Of a stretch of DNA of 64,000 nt, positions 35,168 through 49,525 are shown in pieces. Position 1 is the stretch's first letter; each line of letters begins with the position of its first letter. The stretch spans positions 17,028,477-17,092,476 of the forward strand of contig OU015568.1 of NCBI GenBank assembly GCA_907165135.1, written 5' to 3'. The position numbers were made by a program, and so were the translations under genes. The DNA comes from Oikopleura dioica. Lineage: Eukaryota; Animalia; Chordata. The notes beneath the pieces were generated by a model, which was given only the letters and a program-made list of their open reading frames with translations, was not told the origin of the DNA and ran no database searches.

Positions 35168-37671
35168 TCAGGCAGAGGTTGGATTCCGGCCAGCCTTGAT
35201 CTCACGCAACTCCCTAAAAAGATAGTAAGAAATTTTGAATTTTGAAAAGTTGTTTAGAAATCCGGAAAATTCGATTTCCGGGCACGGCGCCGAGGATCTG
35301 ACCGCAGCCGGGCGGCTCAGCGGTCAAACTTGGCCCAGCGTAAAACAAGGTCAAAATACTTACATTAATAACTTTTCGTTTTTGAGCATCTCTTCTTTTA
35401 GAAGCTGCTGGAGTTGGGCGTTGATGTCGACTGGAGATTGAGGAGCAGCGAAGTGGGCGCAGATTTCTTTGGCGCTCGGTCGGGATTGGTAGACCGGACT
35501 CAACATTTTCAGGAGGAGGTTGTTGAGTGAATCGTCCACGCTCAAAATGCTCGGGATGCTGCCACTTCGGAGCTCGTGCCAGACCGGGCCGTTTTGAGGA
35601 AGTTCGATGAGGGAGATCGCCTCGTAGACGGACAATCCAAGTGCGAAAATATCGGCCTTGAACAAATCGGTCTTCTCGGAGTCGATCATTTCCTTGGACA
35701 TGTAGCGGCAGTCGCCCTCGTTGACCGATTTTACTGTAGATTGGGTGACGTGGCCCAGGTCGCCGATTTTGTACGTCACTGGGCCCGAGTGTTTGGTTTC
35801 TGGCATCTCGAGGGTGACGACGTCGGAGAAGGAGCGGAAGATGTTTGCTGGCTTGATGTCCAGGTGGGCGAGGTCTTGCTCGTGGATGAACTCGAGCCCG
35901 GAGGAGACCTGCTTGAGGAGGTCGTTGGCCATTTCGGTAGAGAAGCCGCCAAGTCGGTGCACTCGGTGATCCTGGATCACGTCCGCCACTGAGCCGCCGT
36001 TGCAGTATTCTGACTGGATGAACATTTGGCTTTGCTCGCACCATGCTGAGAAGTACCTAACCACGTTGACGTGACCCTTGCCCAGAACGGCGAGGGCGCA
36101 GACTTCGCGGATTGCAGATGCGTCGCCATATGCGCCGCCCTTGGCTGGTTTCTTGATCTTCTTGACGGCGTAGACGCAACCGTCGAATCGGTTGACCGCT
36201 TTGTAGACAGCGCCGAATTGGCCTTGGCCGAGGAGACCTGCTTCGTGGAACTCGACTCGGTAGCGGTAAGTGGCGGCGGCGCGGAGAGAGACGCGCGTTT
36301 TCGAGGTGTTGTTTCTGTTTCCGGGAGTGAAGGGGTTCACGGTCACGCCAGGGTCGATTTTGGGAGTTCCAGAGCGAGAGGCCGAAGGAGATTGGCGCCA
36401 GCGAGGGGATTCCGTCAAACGACGAGGGGCGATTCGAGGTGTTCTTGGAGTCAGGGGAGAAGCTCCAACGCTGGTGCTTGAGCAATCCATTCCGGATTTG
36501 TCGAAAAGCGCGAGTTGTCGAAGTCGTCTGGTGCCGATTGGAGAGCAGGGCGGGCTGGACTCTGAGTCTGGGTCTTGCCCGCAGGCGCGTTTGCTGAGCG
36601 GAGAATTGGCGAAAACTCGACGACGGCGGCGGGCCATCTTCAGCGGACTGGGAGATGTTTTCAGCGGCAATGGAAGTGGCTTGTCGTCGGAGCCCGAGCC
36701 GGAACCGGATAATCCTGAATTTAATGGGTTAATTTTCGGGGAAAAAGCGAGAAATGTGACGGTGACCTTTTGCTAGCGAAAATTCACGGCCATTTTTCTT
36801 GCAACCTTTACGAGTTAATTTGCCCACTAGCGAGGGGAATTACGAGCCACTTTGTTACGGCAAGTTCTTAGCTTTCGAGCAAAAATTTTTAAGAGCCCTT
36901 TTTAGGAAATAAAAATTTTTTACGGCTCACTTGCAATGAAAAAAAAATGTTCCCGCGCCCAGAGTTCGAAATCTATGGGAGTAAAATTGGGAGCTCCCAA
37001 AGGGAGCTCCCTTTTTTGGGAGCACGGAGGGAGCAGGAGCACGGAGGGAGCAGGAGCACAGGTTTTCAGGGCTGGGAGTAAATTGGGAGCTCCCAATTTG
37101 CTCCCAATTTCAAAAATTTTTTGAAAATCAACAATTTTTAGTCTAGAATCTAATCTGCGCACCGAAAAATGAGAAACGCTAACTTTATAGTATTTTTCTT
37201 AGAAGAGACGTTTTTTTGACGTTTATTTGAATTTTTATGTTTACCCACCTTTGAAGACTTCTTTTCAAAGTAAGAAAGCCCTCAAAAGTAAATTTGGAAG
37301 AGAAAAATAGATTGAAAATTTATGACGAGTCCGTTACTTTGGCCCGCCAAAATTGAGAAAAAAATTTTAGCTTTACGAATTCAAGAGCTGTGAAGATGCG
37401 CGGATTATCCGCATTAAATTCTGGCAGCTCGCGCGAGTTTTTATATCCAGCGTTTTTATGTTTCTAAGAAAGTGAGATCATCCGTTGGGTTTTAGACTTT
37501 TTCAAAAGCGAAATTCGAAAAGGTGTTGAATATAAGCGGTCGCTTACCGGAATCTGGTGTGGAATCGACGTCAGAGTCGTCTGAATCCATGATTTTCATC
37601 AATCCATCGAGGCATTTCGCGGCGGGTTGATTCAGAAGCGGCGAAGAGCATCTTCTTTTCAGCTGACGCAT
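35168..37671 (-). CDS. wee1: Wee1 family protein kinase, 3 predicted exons (37671-37548, 36714-35364, 35213-35168)
   Basis: Motifs: LGQGQFGAVYK, YAVKK, HVNVVRYFSAW, EYCNGGS, HLDIKPANIF, YKIGDLG and the Wee1-type EGDCRYM. GT-AG introns 37547-36715 and 35363-35214 join in frame. Confidence 0.92.
36975..37105. repeat. GGGAGC/GGAGCTCCC low-complexity repeat cluster in wee1 intron 1, possibly a MITE remnant
   Basis: GGGAGTAAA(A)TTGGGAGCTCCCAA twice and GGAGCACGGAGGGAGCA twice. Confidence 0.5.
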
Positions 37672-40600
37672 CGGAGGAAGATTTATCTAGTATTTGCTGT
37701 TAGTCAAACTGAATGAAAGAATATCAGAAAAAAACAAAGATCAGCTGATGTTCTAGAGACAGAGGTCTTTTTTGAATAATCGTCGATTTGAATGTTTTTT
37801 CGTTTTGAAAAAATAGTGGTTTTGATTTGTCAGAAGACTTCATAAGCGAGTTTTTATTGGTTGAAACAATCGAACATTTTTTATTTAGTTTTACCCGTAT
37901 TTGGAGTTTTTTTGTCTTTGAAAAGTTGCCAAGTTCAGGAAAGAGCTTGAAACTGTATCCGATGTTCACACTTGAGCCCTTTGTGGGATTTGATTCGGGA
38001 TTATGGGCCGCGCTAATATGGACTATTGTTTGGACAAAGTGAGCTGTAAGCGGGCGAACCCAAGAAGAGAGAGCTGGAGCGGCGCCAATCCCTTCTTCAA
38101 TCAAAAAACGGCGCCGATGCCATTGTGAGCGGGGCAGAGATTAGCGGCCCCAGCACTTCCGTTCTGCGCGAAAAAAGTGATTTCCGCCAATTTTAAAGAA
38201 CCCCGCTACCGGATTTAGAGCAAAGTACTATTTTGTTGCAAAATTTAAATCCGCTTTCAACTTCCGAAATTCGAGAAAACGGAACATTCTCTCCTGTGCT
38301 TTCGAAATTGAGGACCAGAATCATTCGAAAAATAAAGTCTCGATTCCCCTCAATAAAAAATGCTTTTTCAGAGCACTGATAGCCCCCATTAGCCGGCTAG
38401 GATAAGGGGCCATAAAAACACACTGGGGCCACGTGATGAGGTTGAACTGATGACCGAGATTCGTACCCGCCCGCCACAATGGCGGAGAAAATCACCCTCG
38501 GTCAGCTAAATATTTGTACAAGAGGTTGATTTTGAAAGTCAATCAATCCCAAAATCGAGGATTTAAAAAATTTCTGTTTTGAGCGGACAGGGTCAATAAA
38601 ACAAGGAGGAAAATGAACCCTAGCAACGAAAAACGAGGGTTTGTTTTTGCAAACAAAGGTAATAACAATATCGCACCCAGCTGAAGAAAATAAAACTGAA
38701 ACATGTTCGGGAACACGTGATGCGTGAAAAAGCACAGTTCTCCGGATGTTCATCCAAATTTCCTAAAAACTTCGCTTTGGGAAAGAATTATCAATTGTGT
38801 GTCTAGCCCGGAAATTCCTCACCAAAACGGGTTGACCTAAAATTGATGTGTTTAGTACAGAAATTTGGAGTTGACCCAAATCGCTGCCACTTAGAGATTG
38901 TAACTTGTCCTACTTAGTGCCGTAGCTCCTCCAATAAATATGAACATCTATTTGATTTACGATGTGGCGATGCCACCTACTTAGTACACGGAAGTTCTAT
39001 GGGTTTTTATGGGCGATAAAAATTGTTACGATTGGTGACTGAAGGGACCATGAACATCAACATTTTCTCATGGCATTTTTCAAGGAAGAAACTGGCAAAA
39101 AGAACATAATTTTTAATAGTTTCATTAAATATGACTCAATCAAGAGCATTTTAATGATAGATTTTCGGATTTTTGATTCGCCAAATATCGAGAACGAAAG
39201 CTTCTAAGTCGGCATCCACCGACAACACAAACTTGGACCTTGGCGCGAAAGTAGCAATTTATTGCATTAGTATACAAAATCTATGATAACAATTTTCACT
39301 GGCGCGGGATCAAAGAGACCGTTTTCGCCATAATCCATCGCTCAGTAGTTTTTTTCTCATTACCAAAAATGAAACTGGCGTTGGTTCAATATTTTGCCAA
39401 ATAGATCATAATTTAGACTCTCTTTTTTACTAAATTTGCGTGAAAAAGTACTCGATCTGGCGGCCTCGCTAATTGACTGTTTTCTGAACTTGCGCCAAAT
39501 TTTCGAATGTTTTTTGAGAGCAGAAAAAATAATGAAAAACTCGCTCTATATAATATTTAGACAGGAGTGTGACGGCTTTTTAAGGACCTGGCGATTATTC
39601 TTGTGATAAGGGTCAATTTGAAGCAAGAGGCGGCTCGTTTGAACTCGCCGATCAAATTTACAAAGTGCGTCTAAGACCGGGAGGGACAAGATAATCCGAT
39701 AATTTCGCCTCCTCCCTGCATGAACAAATCTGAGCATTTTGGAAGAAAATCACATTCGCGTGAAGGATTTTCTTTGATCCCAAGCTGCAATCGATTTCAA
39801 AATTGCCACTTTCTCAGAGTTAAAGATTTTTCTATCGAATTACGTTGATAGATACTGTGGTTTTTACTTAACTATTTTACACATTTTGACATGAAAATAA
39901 GCAAAAATGATCGAAATTTCTGACAAAATTCCACTGTTTTTAAGCTTCGGAATTAATAATTATTAAGAAAAATTGATTACTCTCGTCAAAATAATAAAGA
40001 AAAAAACTATTTTTATTTAACCAAATGCTTTTTAAACTAAAAAATAAAAAATTTACCTTTTCGGGAATTGTTTTGATGAAGTTTTCCGGCTTGAAAATCT
40101 CTGTTTTGTTGCTATCAAGCATCATTATTTTCTTTTGCGTTTTTCTGTTTCTGATTTTTTTTCTTTTCAAGAAAATCTCTGTTTTTCGTATTTTTGTAAA
40201 AATATTTCTTACTGACTCAATTTGTGAAAGAATGAGAGAGGATGGTGTGTCATTTTTTAGAGATGCGCGGTCCACGTCGATGGGGGCGCGCGCGAGCCCG
40301 ACGAGCAGCTTTTTTTGGCGCCAAACTCGAACTCCTGCGCCGCGCGCCATATGACTTGCGGTGGGCCGCTTGCGCAGGATTGCAGGAGACCGGATGTAGG
40401 CGAATCAAAAGGATTGCTGACGCTGGCTTCCGAACCGGATCAGAACTACGCGGTTAACTCATTCTCAAATAGTTTTCACACACTATAAAGCTCGAAAAAT
40501 GAATCATTTGAGAGCGAGCAAGTTCAAATTGAACTAAGGATTATCCTGTTCCCAAAAGAAAATAATCAATTTACAAGATTCGGATTTAAAACCTAAGAAT

Positions 40601-41670
40601 TTCAGTCTAAAGCTTTTTTCGACAAATTTAAGACCAATCAGATGCCTCCACTCGATCAAAAGACTAATCAAAAATAGTCCCAGAAATGCGAATTATTTGT
40701 CACTTTGGAAAAACTGCTAAAAAGGGCCAAACTTTTGGTCGCAACTGAGATTTTTTCTTAAAAAAACGAAACAAACAACCGCATTTTGGTTTATCATATC
40801 TCAAATTTCAGGAAAGTCAAATTTAGCTGATAAGAATCTCCAAATAGTCTGCCCCTAATTTAAACCAACTCTCAGGTTCATAGGAATCTCCCCAGGTGGC
40901 TCCAATAGAACACAGCGGGCTCCTCAATTCCAAGGTCATTTCTCAAAAGTCTCCCGCAACGAGTGTAAGCTTCCAAGAGTTAATTGAAGCTCGTTTAGCC
41001 GCTAACAAAGGGGGATGAAGAAGCAATCCCGAATCCCCGACCGGCGAAAATTTCAATTTCAAAGGCAGCTCCGGAAACAGATCCATCTCCGCGGCGAACT
41101 TGGAGTGAAATATCAAAAACGCGGGCGAATTCGGGCAGCGCCGTGTTAAAGACTCTGGATTTTCGGAAATTTTCGCCACCGACTTTGATTCTTTCAAATT
41201 TCTCAAGACGATCGATCAAAATTTAGCCCGAAAATCAACGAGATGGTGCTAAATCCACTTCAAAAACAGCTTTCGCGAGGAGGAATTCCGAACAAGTGCA
41301 AATCCCTGCGCGAACTGAGCTGGAAAACGAAGATTTCGTCGGAAAAAGAAAGATGCTGTCAGCCAGGGCTTAGCCGAAGTTTGGCCATTGATAATCTGTC
41401 TTGGCGGCTGAAAGTCAAATAGATTCACTTCCTCTGGGGAGGATCGTTTCGATGCCAAGATGAGATTTTAGCTGGAATTTTTGTGTTACCGTAGAATGTC
41501 GAGGGCGATCGGAAATAGCGTTATGGGATAATGTGGTGATTCGAAACTGCTCCCGTAAATTATGAATTCGAGGAGTATTTTTGGCAAATAGAGAGCTAGA
41601 AAATTGCTTAATTGTTAATTTACCATTGAATTTATTCAGTTCGAGGGCCTTACCAGCAGTATTTGGAGCT

Positions 41671-41815
41671 GGGCTCGGTCACACGTGCAGAAAACCTGAG
41701 TCAGGGTTATAGAAAAATGAAATTTTTGCGGCTTCCTTTATAGAAAACCCGCAGGTCCTTTTCGTTTCACTCTTTTGAACCCTGACTCAGGTTTTCTGCA
41801 CAGGTTGCCAAGCCC
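41671..41815. mobile_element. Best-preserved copy of the CCTGAGTCAGG MITE family (~38-bp TIRs)
   Basis: GGGCTCGGTCACACGTGCAGAAAACCTGAGTCAGGGTT versus the reverse complement of 41778-41815. Related halves or copies near 43720-43860, 45650-45690, 46165-46203, 47268-47305, 48170-48270, 62325-62410 and 63438-63480. Confidence 0.75.
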
Positions 41816-44800
41816 AAAGTTTGAGTCTTTATTTAAATTTGTCCAGGGACAAAACAGGAAATTCTAGCGCTAGTTGAAATCACCCCTTCACTTTGGAATG
41901 AAGATAGTTTTTCGCACAGTGATTCGTTCTCGTCGGGCTGGATGCCAGGAATTCCATTGTCGTGCGCGTCTGTCAGGTGGAAGTCGAAACAAGGAGAGAA
42001 GTTAACCCAAATCGTTATAGAACGCTGGCCAAATCCTAAACGCGCCTTTGAGAAGGCTCACCTTTGTCAAGGTTGCTCGTGATATTCATTCAACCCCTTT
42101 CTTATGGCGCAGGTGTGCCGTCCTTGCCTGGCAATTTTGAACTTGCAAGAAAGTGCACCTGACCGAGAGGAGCCGATTCCGGGAGCGATGAGACTGCTGC
42201 TAATTAGAAAATGCCATTCAGTTTCTGGGAAAAGTTAATTTGGATTTTCCGTCTCGAACAGAAACATCTGTAAAAATCCGATCACACTAGGATGCGAAAA
42301 AATTCCATCCGGAAGCAAACTCTTGTGAAAATTTCCCGGGAAGAGGGCACAAAAAAAATCAGGAAATGTTGAAAAAAGGTTGATTGAACGGCAACTCGAG
42401 TAAAAAAGCGTTAATCGAATTTGTTTTCAGCGATTTTTCTTTACAAAGCACAAATTACAAACACGAAGAGGTACAAGTATACATTACACATTGGAGAAGT
42501 GAAGTGTATCCAGCTGATGGGACAGGGGATGAGTGTAAACATCCCGCTGAGTCCATCAATGGATACAGCAGGAGACCAAACAGCCACCTTGCCAGCAGTG
42601 GACTCAGCAAACAAAGCTGACCCCCGTGATGTCAAAAAGTTACCTAATTTTGAAAGCACAAATCTCCCATGAAAATCGCTCGATTCATTAGCCCCAGAAG
42701 TCAACTTCAACAGTTGAAATTCAACCTGGAGGTATACAAGGGCCTCCTGTATTCTGAAGCACGGCAAAGGTCACTCTCCATTGATTTCGATTGAAGTAAT
42801 CAACAAGGTAGTCCAGGTCGGCATTTGCCCCCTTGATTTGAACAGTTGTAAACGCGGTCTGACCTAAATGGGCGCTTGAAATTCGGAGAAAAAGGAACAT
42901 ACCCGTTGAAAGTTCACTGAAGGAACGGAAGCGGAAATAGGCGGCCCGACTCCAATCAAGAGTGCTCACTCCGGCACTCCAGTAGCGTCTTGTAACATCG
43001 ATTTCCGATGTGATTTCGCACTCTTTACAAGAACACGGGCAAAAAAGAGTGGCTAAGGATCAGTGCACCAAGTCAGGAACAGTTTTTCATAATCAGGAAG
43101 GAATTTTCATCAATTTCTCCCACAATCAATATCTTCAGTACCTCAATTTATGGGCCGTAAATTTACTTCGATTAATTCTGTTCAAAATCGTAAAAGGGTA
43201 AAATTTGGCACTGAGCAACCGATAATCGTATTTTTCACTGAAACGAGATGAAATTTCACTGCTGACTCTTTTACGAGCTTCTTATCATACTTAGCGATAT
43301 CCGCTGTCATTCCCGCTCAGCGTGGAAAATCGAGATTTTCGGAAATGGCGGCTGATCCCATTTTTATCCGGATTTAAGCCCAACTTGGCGAGAAAACTTT
43401 TTGCTCAAAATTGAAGACTTCTTCTACTCGTTTATCAATAAACATAGCATCTTTGAAGAGTCAGTTATTTTTAATTCTTTCGGACACATTTCGCGCTTTG
43501 TCGGACCCATGTTCTCCAAATTTGAACTTGGCACGATTCCTCGACGCACTTGGGCCCGGATAAGTACCAAAAACGTAGACTTGGGTTAGAGTACTTATCA
43601 AAAGGCTCAATTTCTAGCGTCGAGTTGCGTCAGACGCACTCTTCAAGATTCAACAACCGAAAAAATGAAGCAAACTGTCTCTGCCAAATACGAGAGAGCC
43701 CTTCCCAAGATTATGGCTCCTGGGTCAGGGTCTGAGAGATCTTCAATAAAAAGCCGCTTCGTAAGGGGATCAAAATTGATAAAGAAGGTTTTATAAAAAG
43801 CTGGCTACGCGGCTTTTCATCAGAGTGATCTTTCAGACCCTGACTCAGGCTTTCAAGAGGGCCATGCCTGGCAGGGTTTGTAGAAATCTTTATTTGGAAG
43901 CTAAGCGTCAGATAAGAATTCTAGGGACAGAAATCAAAAGATAACGTCTCACGTTTATAAATAAATTTGCATTAATCTGGACAAATGCTGTTGCAGATAA
44001 CATTTTCCTAAATAAATAATCGCCTCCTTTGATCTTTCGAAGATAATCCAGATAAGCTTCTTAGCAAAATTAAAATTGAGTGATTTTTCGCCATGGCTAT
44101 TATAAGAATAACAATATTTTTTGATATTCGCCGCGCGAACTTGAAGTCCCACTTGTGGTTATTCAAGAAAATAAGGATCCTCCTCAGCAATTACTTGAGC
44201 ATCGAAAACCGTCATTTCAGCCGCGATAAGGTCCGATTTAGGCGCTAATTAGGCGGAACTATCGCTATCTACCTGTCAGTACCTCCATCCGTCAAAATTG
44301 CTTTTTGCTTCTTCAGACGAAAAATTTGCGAGAATTTTCTCAACCCGCAAGGTGCACAAAAATGATTGTCAAAGATCAAATAGGCTCTCCATCTGCTTCA
44401 ATTTGTCGAACTAGCCGCGGCGAGTGGTCATTACTTCGCCGAGCTGGTCGTGAAATTTCGCTACCTTTTTGCGTTTAGGGTCTCCTGTAAATAAACCTGC
44501 GGTGAAAACGAGTACTTACTAACTGATTAATTCACACATCGGCCCTGCTGTACAAACACTGCTTATCATCATCGGATAGCACCATTATCAGCATCGATAT
44601 GCAAACGATCGTCCAGGTGACTTTGGCGCCGATTTTCACGGGATTTGGGTGTCAACCCTTCCGGCCGCCCGTGTTTTACACTTGACTCGCTTCTTGGAAA
44701 CGCTCCAATTTCCATCTTCTCGATCCATGTTTCCAAGAAATTACGAGATTATCGGAGATGATTATATGCTTCAAATATATTTAACCAACTAAGGAACGCA

Positions 44801-47800
44801 ACACAAAAGGTATTGACTTTCTCAAAGCCGCGAGGGTCCTTTGCGCCTGGATTGAGGTTCAAGTTTCCCATAAGCCCTTGAACCCCTTTAATCCTTTGTA
44901 TAAGGACCGATCTCGCCATGGCCGACTTTCGCGAATGCTTTATTCGCTCGGCTGAGCGCGAAAAGGCCACCGAAAATGTCTCTCAGGAAGCCACCGATGT
45001 CGATAAAAAATGTTCTCGGAAAAATACACATCGGCTTATCCCAACATCTTGGAGCATTAAGCCTCACAAGGGTTTTGGAATGGCCAATTCCGGCCGTTGG
45101 GAAGCACTTAGAGCGCTCGAGTGTGATTTTTGGAAAATCCGGCTGTCGAGAAATTTCAGAGAATGAAATATTTGCATCGCTGCCAAAATTGAGGACCTTC
45201 CCAGAGACAGGGGATCGAGGGGGCTTTTGTCTGAAGTACATTGCAGAAAAATAATGGGGAATTATTGGATATTGAATTCGCTGGATGTTCTCCAGGCGAC
45301 TGATCCCTCAAGGGCTCATATTTTCAAGCGCAAGCGCCAAAATATCTTATTCAAACAATCTTTTAATCATTTTGGCGGGCGATCATAAGAAAAGCAACGG
45401 TCCAAGTTTCTCCCCTAGAGAGTCACCTACAGGACTTACAAAAGATATCATTGGCGATTTGCCTAATCGACCTGAAATCGCGCGTTTTCCATCATGATCT
45501 GCGCTTCATAAACATGTCAGCAGGTTCAACTTTTCCCTATTTTTTGACAGGGACTTTCTTCGACGCCAAAAAAGATATTGGCAGGAGAGTTGACAGTCCG
45601 ATTAGGAAACACTAAATATTTTCAAAGAATCCTGTCATGTCCTGGCCTGGCCAACCTTTGAAGAAAACCTAAGTCAGGGTACGGAAAGAGTAAAGCATAG
45701 CGGCTCTTGAAGAGCCTCTTCTGAAAAAAGCCACACAGCGGCTTCGCTTGTTGAAACAATTCATTGAGTTGGTAACTGTGGCTTCGCTTTTTTTAACTTC
45801 TCAATACACGGGGTCCAATCATTGGACCACGGCGACTTTGAACCCCTGTAATTCCCGTTGTACTAATCTGTTTTACCTGAGTTTTGTAATGTGAGCTGAC
45901 AGGACCAAAACGAACCACTGTGTGAAATTTCGGATGAAAACTCGAAAGTGGTGGCGTTTTGCGCCACATTTCTCTATCGCTCTCTGGTTGAAATTCGGAA
46001 CAGATTTTTCGATAAACAATAGTAAATCTTTAAAGAAGAAGGTTTAAGCTCTCTAACAATACATTAACGAGCTTTTTTACACAACGGAAACGTCAATTAG
46101 AGGCAAAAGTTCTGAGCGCCATTTTTCACACTATGAATTTGGCGCGCCGCGAGGGGCTGAATAAACCCTGACTCAGGTTTTCTTCCCAGGTTGTTGAGCC
46201 CTGGAAATGTCTCAAGCTCTAATGAAAAAACGAGGATTCAAGTTTATCAATTTCCAACTATTCTATCGTAATAACGAGACTATGTCGATAGGGAACCGGT
46301 GGCCACTCTTGGCCGCGATTATCAACCCTTGACCGATATTTAACGCACACCTTGGGCAACAAATCGGCGCAGAGGCGATAAGCAGGTTAAAAATCACCCC
46401 TGAAAGTGACCGAAATCGACGTTGACCGCGCACGAATAACGAGATTACAAGTCGCAGTTGTTCCGAACTTATCAATTTCCGAAACTAGTCATTTCTTGCG
46501 TTGATAATGTTTCTTGTTGATTTCGAATAATTTTAGGGGTTTGACAAAAAGAGCTAAAACGTCAGTGTATATTTCTTTATTTTCTACTGAAAAAATAAGG
46601 GTATCCAAATAATAACCTTATGAAAGTAGCCTTGTAAACAATGTTCACCCCCTTAATTGATCGATTCTCAACCTTGTTTGGCCTATTCTTCACTTTCTTC
46701 TGTCAATAGTCGCCAATTATGCAAATGATATCATATTTGTTGTCTGTCATTATACGCCGAGCGCGCACACTTACACTGTGTATCGATTTAAAAATGCCCC
46801 TGTCAACGAGATTTCGCGCGTGACCTCACTTCAAAAATTGTGTAAGGTCTTGTTTTGTGGCTAATTGGGGACGAGTTATTGTTGTTTTGGAGAGCATCCG
46901 CTGGAGCTCTTAGTTCCACAGGAATCAACATCAAGAGCGAATAACGAGCACTTCAAATTGGGGCGAGATCCACATGGATACCAAGGCCGGAAGCACACTC
47001 CGGAAAGGTGAAGATCGAGTGCCAGTTTCAAGGCCAATTCATGACAATTGCTTCATCCGTTGTTCGACTAATTGAGTCAACTTGAGCTTGAAGTTGCAGT
47101 AGAAAGACATCATAAAACGCATTCAAAGAGGTACGCACTAGAAATTTTATATTTGGAGATGAATTACAATTTTTGCATCAAAGATCGAATTTTTTTTACA
47201 GTCAAACAAATGAATAAGTTTATAAGTACAAGAGGCTACATCTGGTCTTAAATAGCAAAGATGAAAAGACCTGACTCAGGTTTTCTACGCGGGTTGCCGA
47301 GCCAAGGATGAGAATAAATTCAAGAAGAATATTAGTTAAATACTTTTTATCAAGAATATCTAAGATATTATATCTTCTTCAAGTTTTCTCCAACGAGAGA
47401 AACTCTATCAGCTGGCAGATGTTTATGGGTGAAAAGGGTGCACATAGTTGCCGTCTTATTTAGGTACACAATTATTTGTTTGGACATAAGTTGTCTCTTC
47501 ACCCCTCCAGCTGGGCTGTCTATTATCGAGCCCCTTGAGTGTTAAAATTGTTCCTCGCAAAAAGGTGCTCGAAAAAATGCACCAGGTTCAAAGCGCTTCG
47601 ATAACCTTGGAATTTGTTTTCTAATTATACTTTATAAACGGCTAAAATAAAGACGCAGGATCGGAGGGAGCTTTTGATCGGCGTTCTTTCCAAAATACAA
47701 AACGCTTTTCCTCCGTTCCAGGTCACGTGATCGGAAGAAAAAGGATGATAAGTTACTCGCGGCGGCTTTTGCAGTCTTTCCTCTATTGTAGTTGCTGGAA

Positions 47801-49525
47801 TGCACACCTGTTCGGGTTTAATTAAAAGCTGAAATTCCTGAGATAATTCACGAGCCATGGCGAATACACAAAGAATTCAAGAGTGCGAGCAAATCAACGG
47901 GAGATTTTATGTTATATATTTCAGGTGTCATTTCACGATTTGGATCTCTCTCGGTTCTTTTTGGAAATCAACTACTCAGAAAATGTTAAAGAAGTTTCAA
48001 GAATTTATAACGGCTATCTTTGTTACCGCACTGCGGTAACCGCAGAACAAGTGTTTCTAAAATCAACAATACAGTATTGTCAATACTGTAAATTTGAGGG
48101 CCTACGTGATACTACCGCGAAGCCAAGGATAAGTTAGAGTCTGCATAAGACTATTAGGCTCGTCAATTGGATAACCCTAACCTGAGGCAGGGTCTTGAAA
48201 GAGCTTGAATAAGAAACCACATTTCTGAACCCTGACTGAGGTTTTTAACACGAATTGACAAGCCTAAGTCTGTTTTAGACAAAAAATTTAGAACAAACGG
48301 TAAAACCTTATTCAAGGGATTGAGTGTATATAGTGAGTCATTATTAAATCGAGATTCTTTATATATAAGCCGGGCTTATTAAGCCCAGATAAAAAAATAC
48401 GCAAGAAATGAAAATGAAAATTTCTGCCCCGAAGAGATTGATTTTCGCGTCTTAAGTTGTTGTCAAAAATAAATGTCCGAAGACGACAAGTACTTAAATA
48501 TTTGATGTCGCGTGGACATGACCGTAGCCCGTGGCTTTGAACTTCCGGCGGAGGACATAAGACAAGCACGCCGGAGAAGATGAAGCTGTGGTTGATCGCA
48601 CATCGAGTACTCCGGCGCCGACCAAAGGCGCAACTTGTTTGCGCGGAGATGCTCAAAACTCCTGCCAAAATTTACTTTTGCCGAAATGCCTAATTTGCGC
48701 AGAATTAGGCGAAAATAAACTTGAAAGAGGAGACTCAATTTCAAAACAAGTCTCTTCTTTTTTAAACAATTCTTTATTATAATCTCGAATTCCCTTTTCA
48801 AAAAGGTTAAATTTCGATGTGCGCAGAGATTCTCTAGTTCAAGGTCTTTGGTTTACAACTTGAGGGTGTGAAAACAAGCTTTTGGAAATCTGGATTGTGG
48901 ATTTTTGATCTGACGGGCAGAGACTCAATCTGTGGTTTATTAGACTTGCGGTCAGCTCAGGATAAACCCAACCAAAAAATCTGAAACTTGGATTCAGAGA
49001 AGGTCGAAGTACCGCCGTCATACATTTATTATTGAAAGTTTCATTTCTAAATTTAAATGAACTTGCGTTTTCATTTTCACCTCAAATTCTTTAACGGCCA
49101 TCAAAACTTATGATTCATAAGACTTATTCTGTTAAAAAGATGTATTTCTAACGTGAGACAGGAGTGAGAAGATCTCACTGAGAACGAGAAAGATGCAGTT
49201 TATGGAGGTAATTGATTGTCGAAAACAAAATAGCAGCGAGCCTGTTCTCAGAAAAGCTTATTAGAGACTACGATTTTACGGAAATTATTTTTATGCATAT
49301 TGAACTTTGGCACAGTTACGAGCCCATCTTTCTGAAATCTAACAAAAATGATAATCATTCTTGAAACCTTCTTCTCTTTCATTATTAGTCCGCGAAAGTA
49401 CTTTCAGAACTCAAAAGTTTACGAAAGTACTGATTTTTTTTAATTTTCTTGAGCGCGGTGGGGGCGCTGTTCAGTTCATATCAGCAGAATGAGGATCCCA
49501 CCTCGGTACCACCGCCTCGCCCAGC

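Noticed and set aside
35214-36776. Overlapping ORFs on both strands across wee1 (276, 138, 142, 136 and 168 aa)
   Set aside because: By-products of GC-rich codon usage; no recognisable motifs.
44888-45241. FkbM-like methyltransferase suggested by TFFIDIGG
   Set aside because: A single short motif with no supporting downstream motifs.
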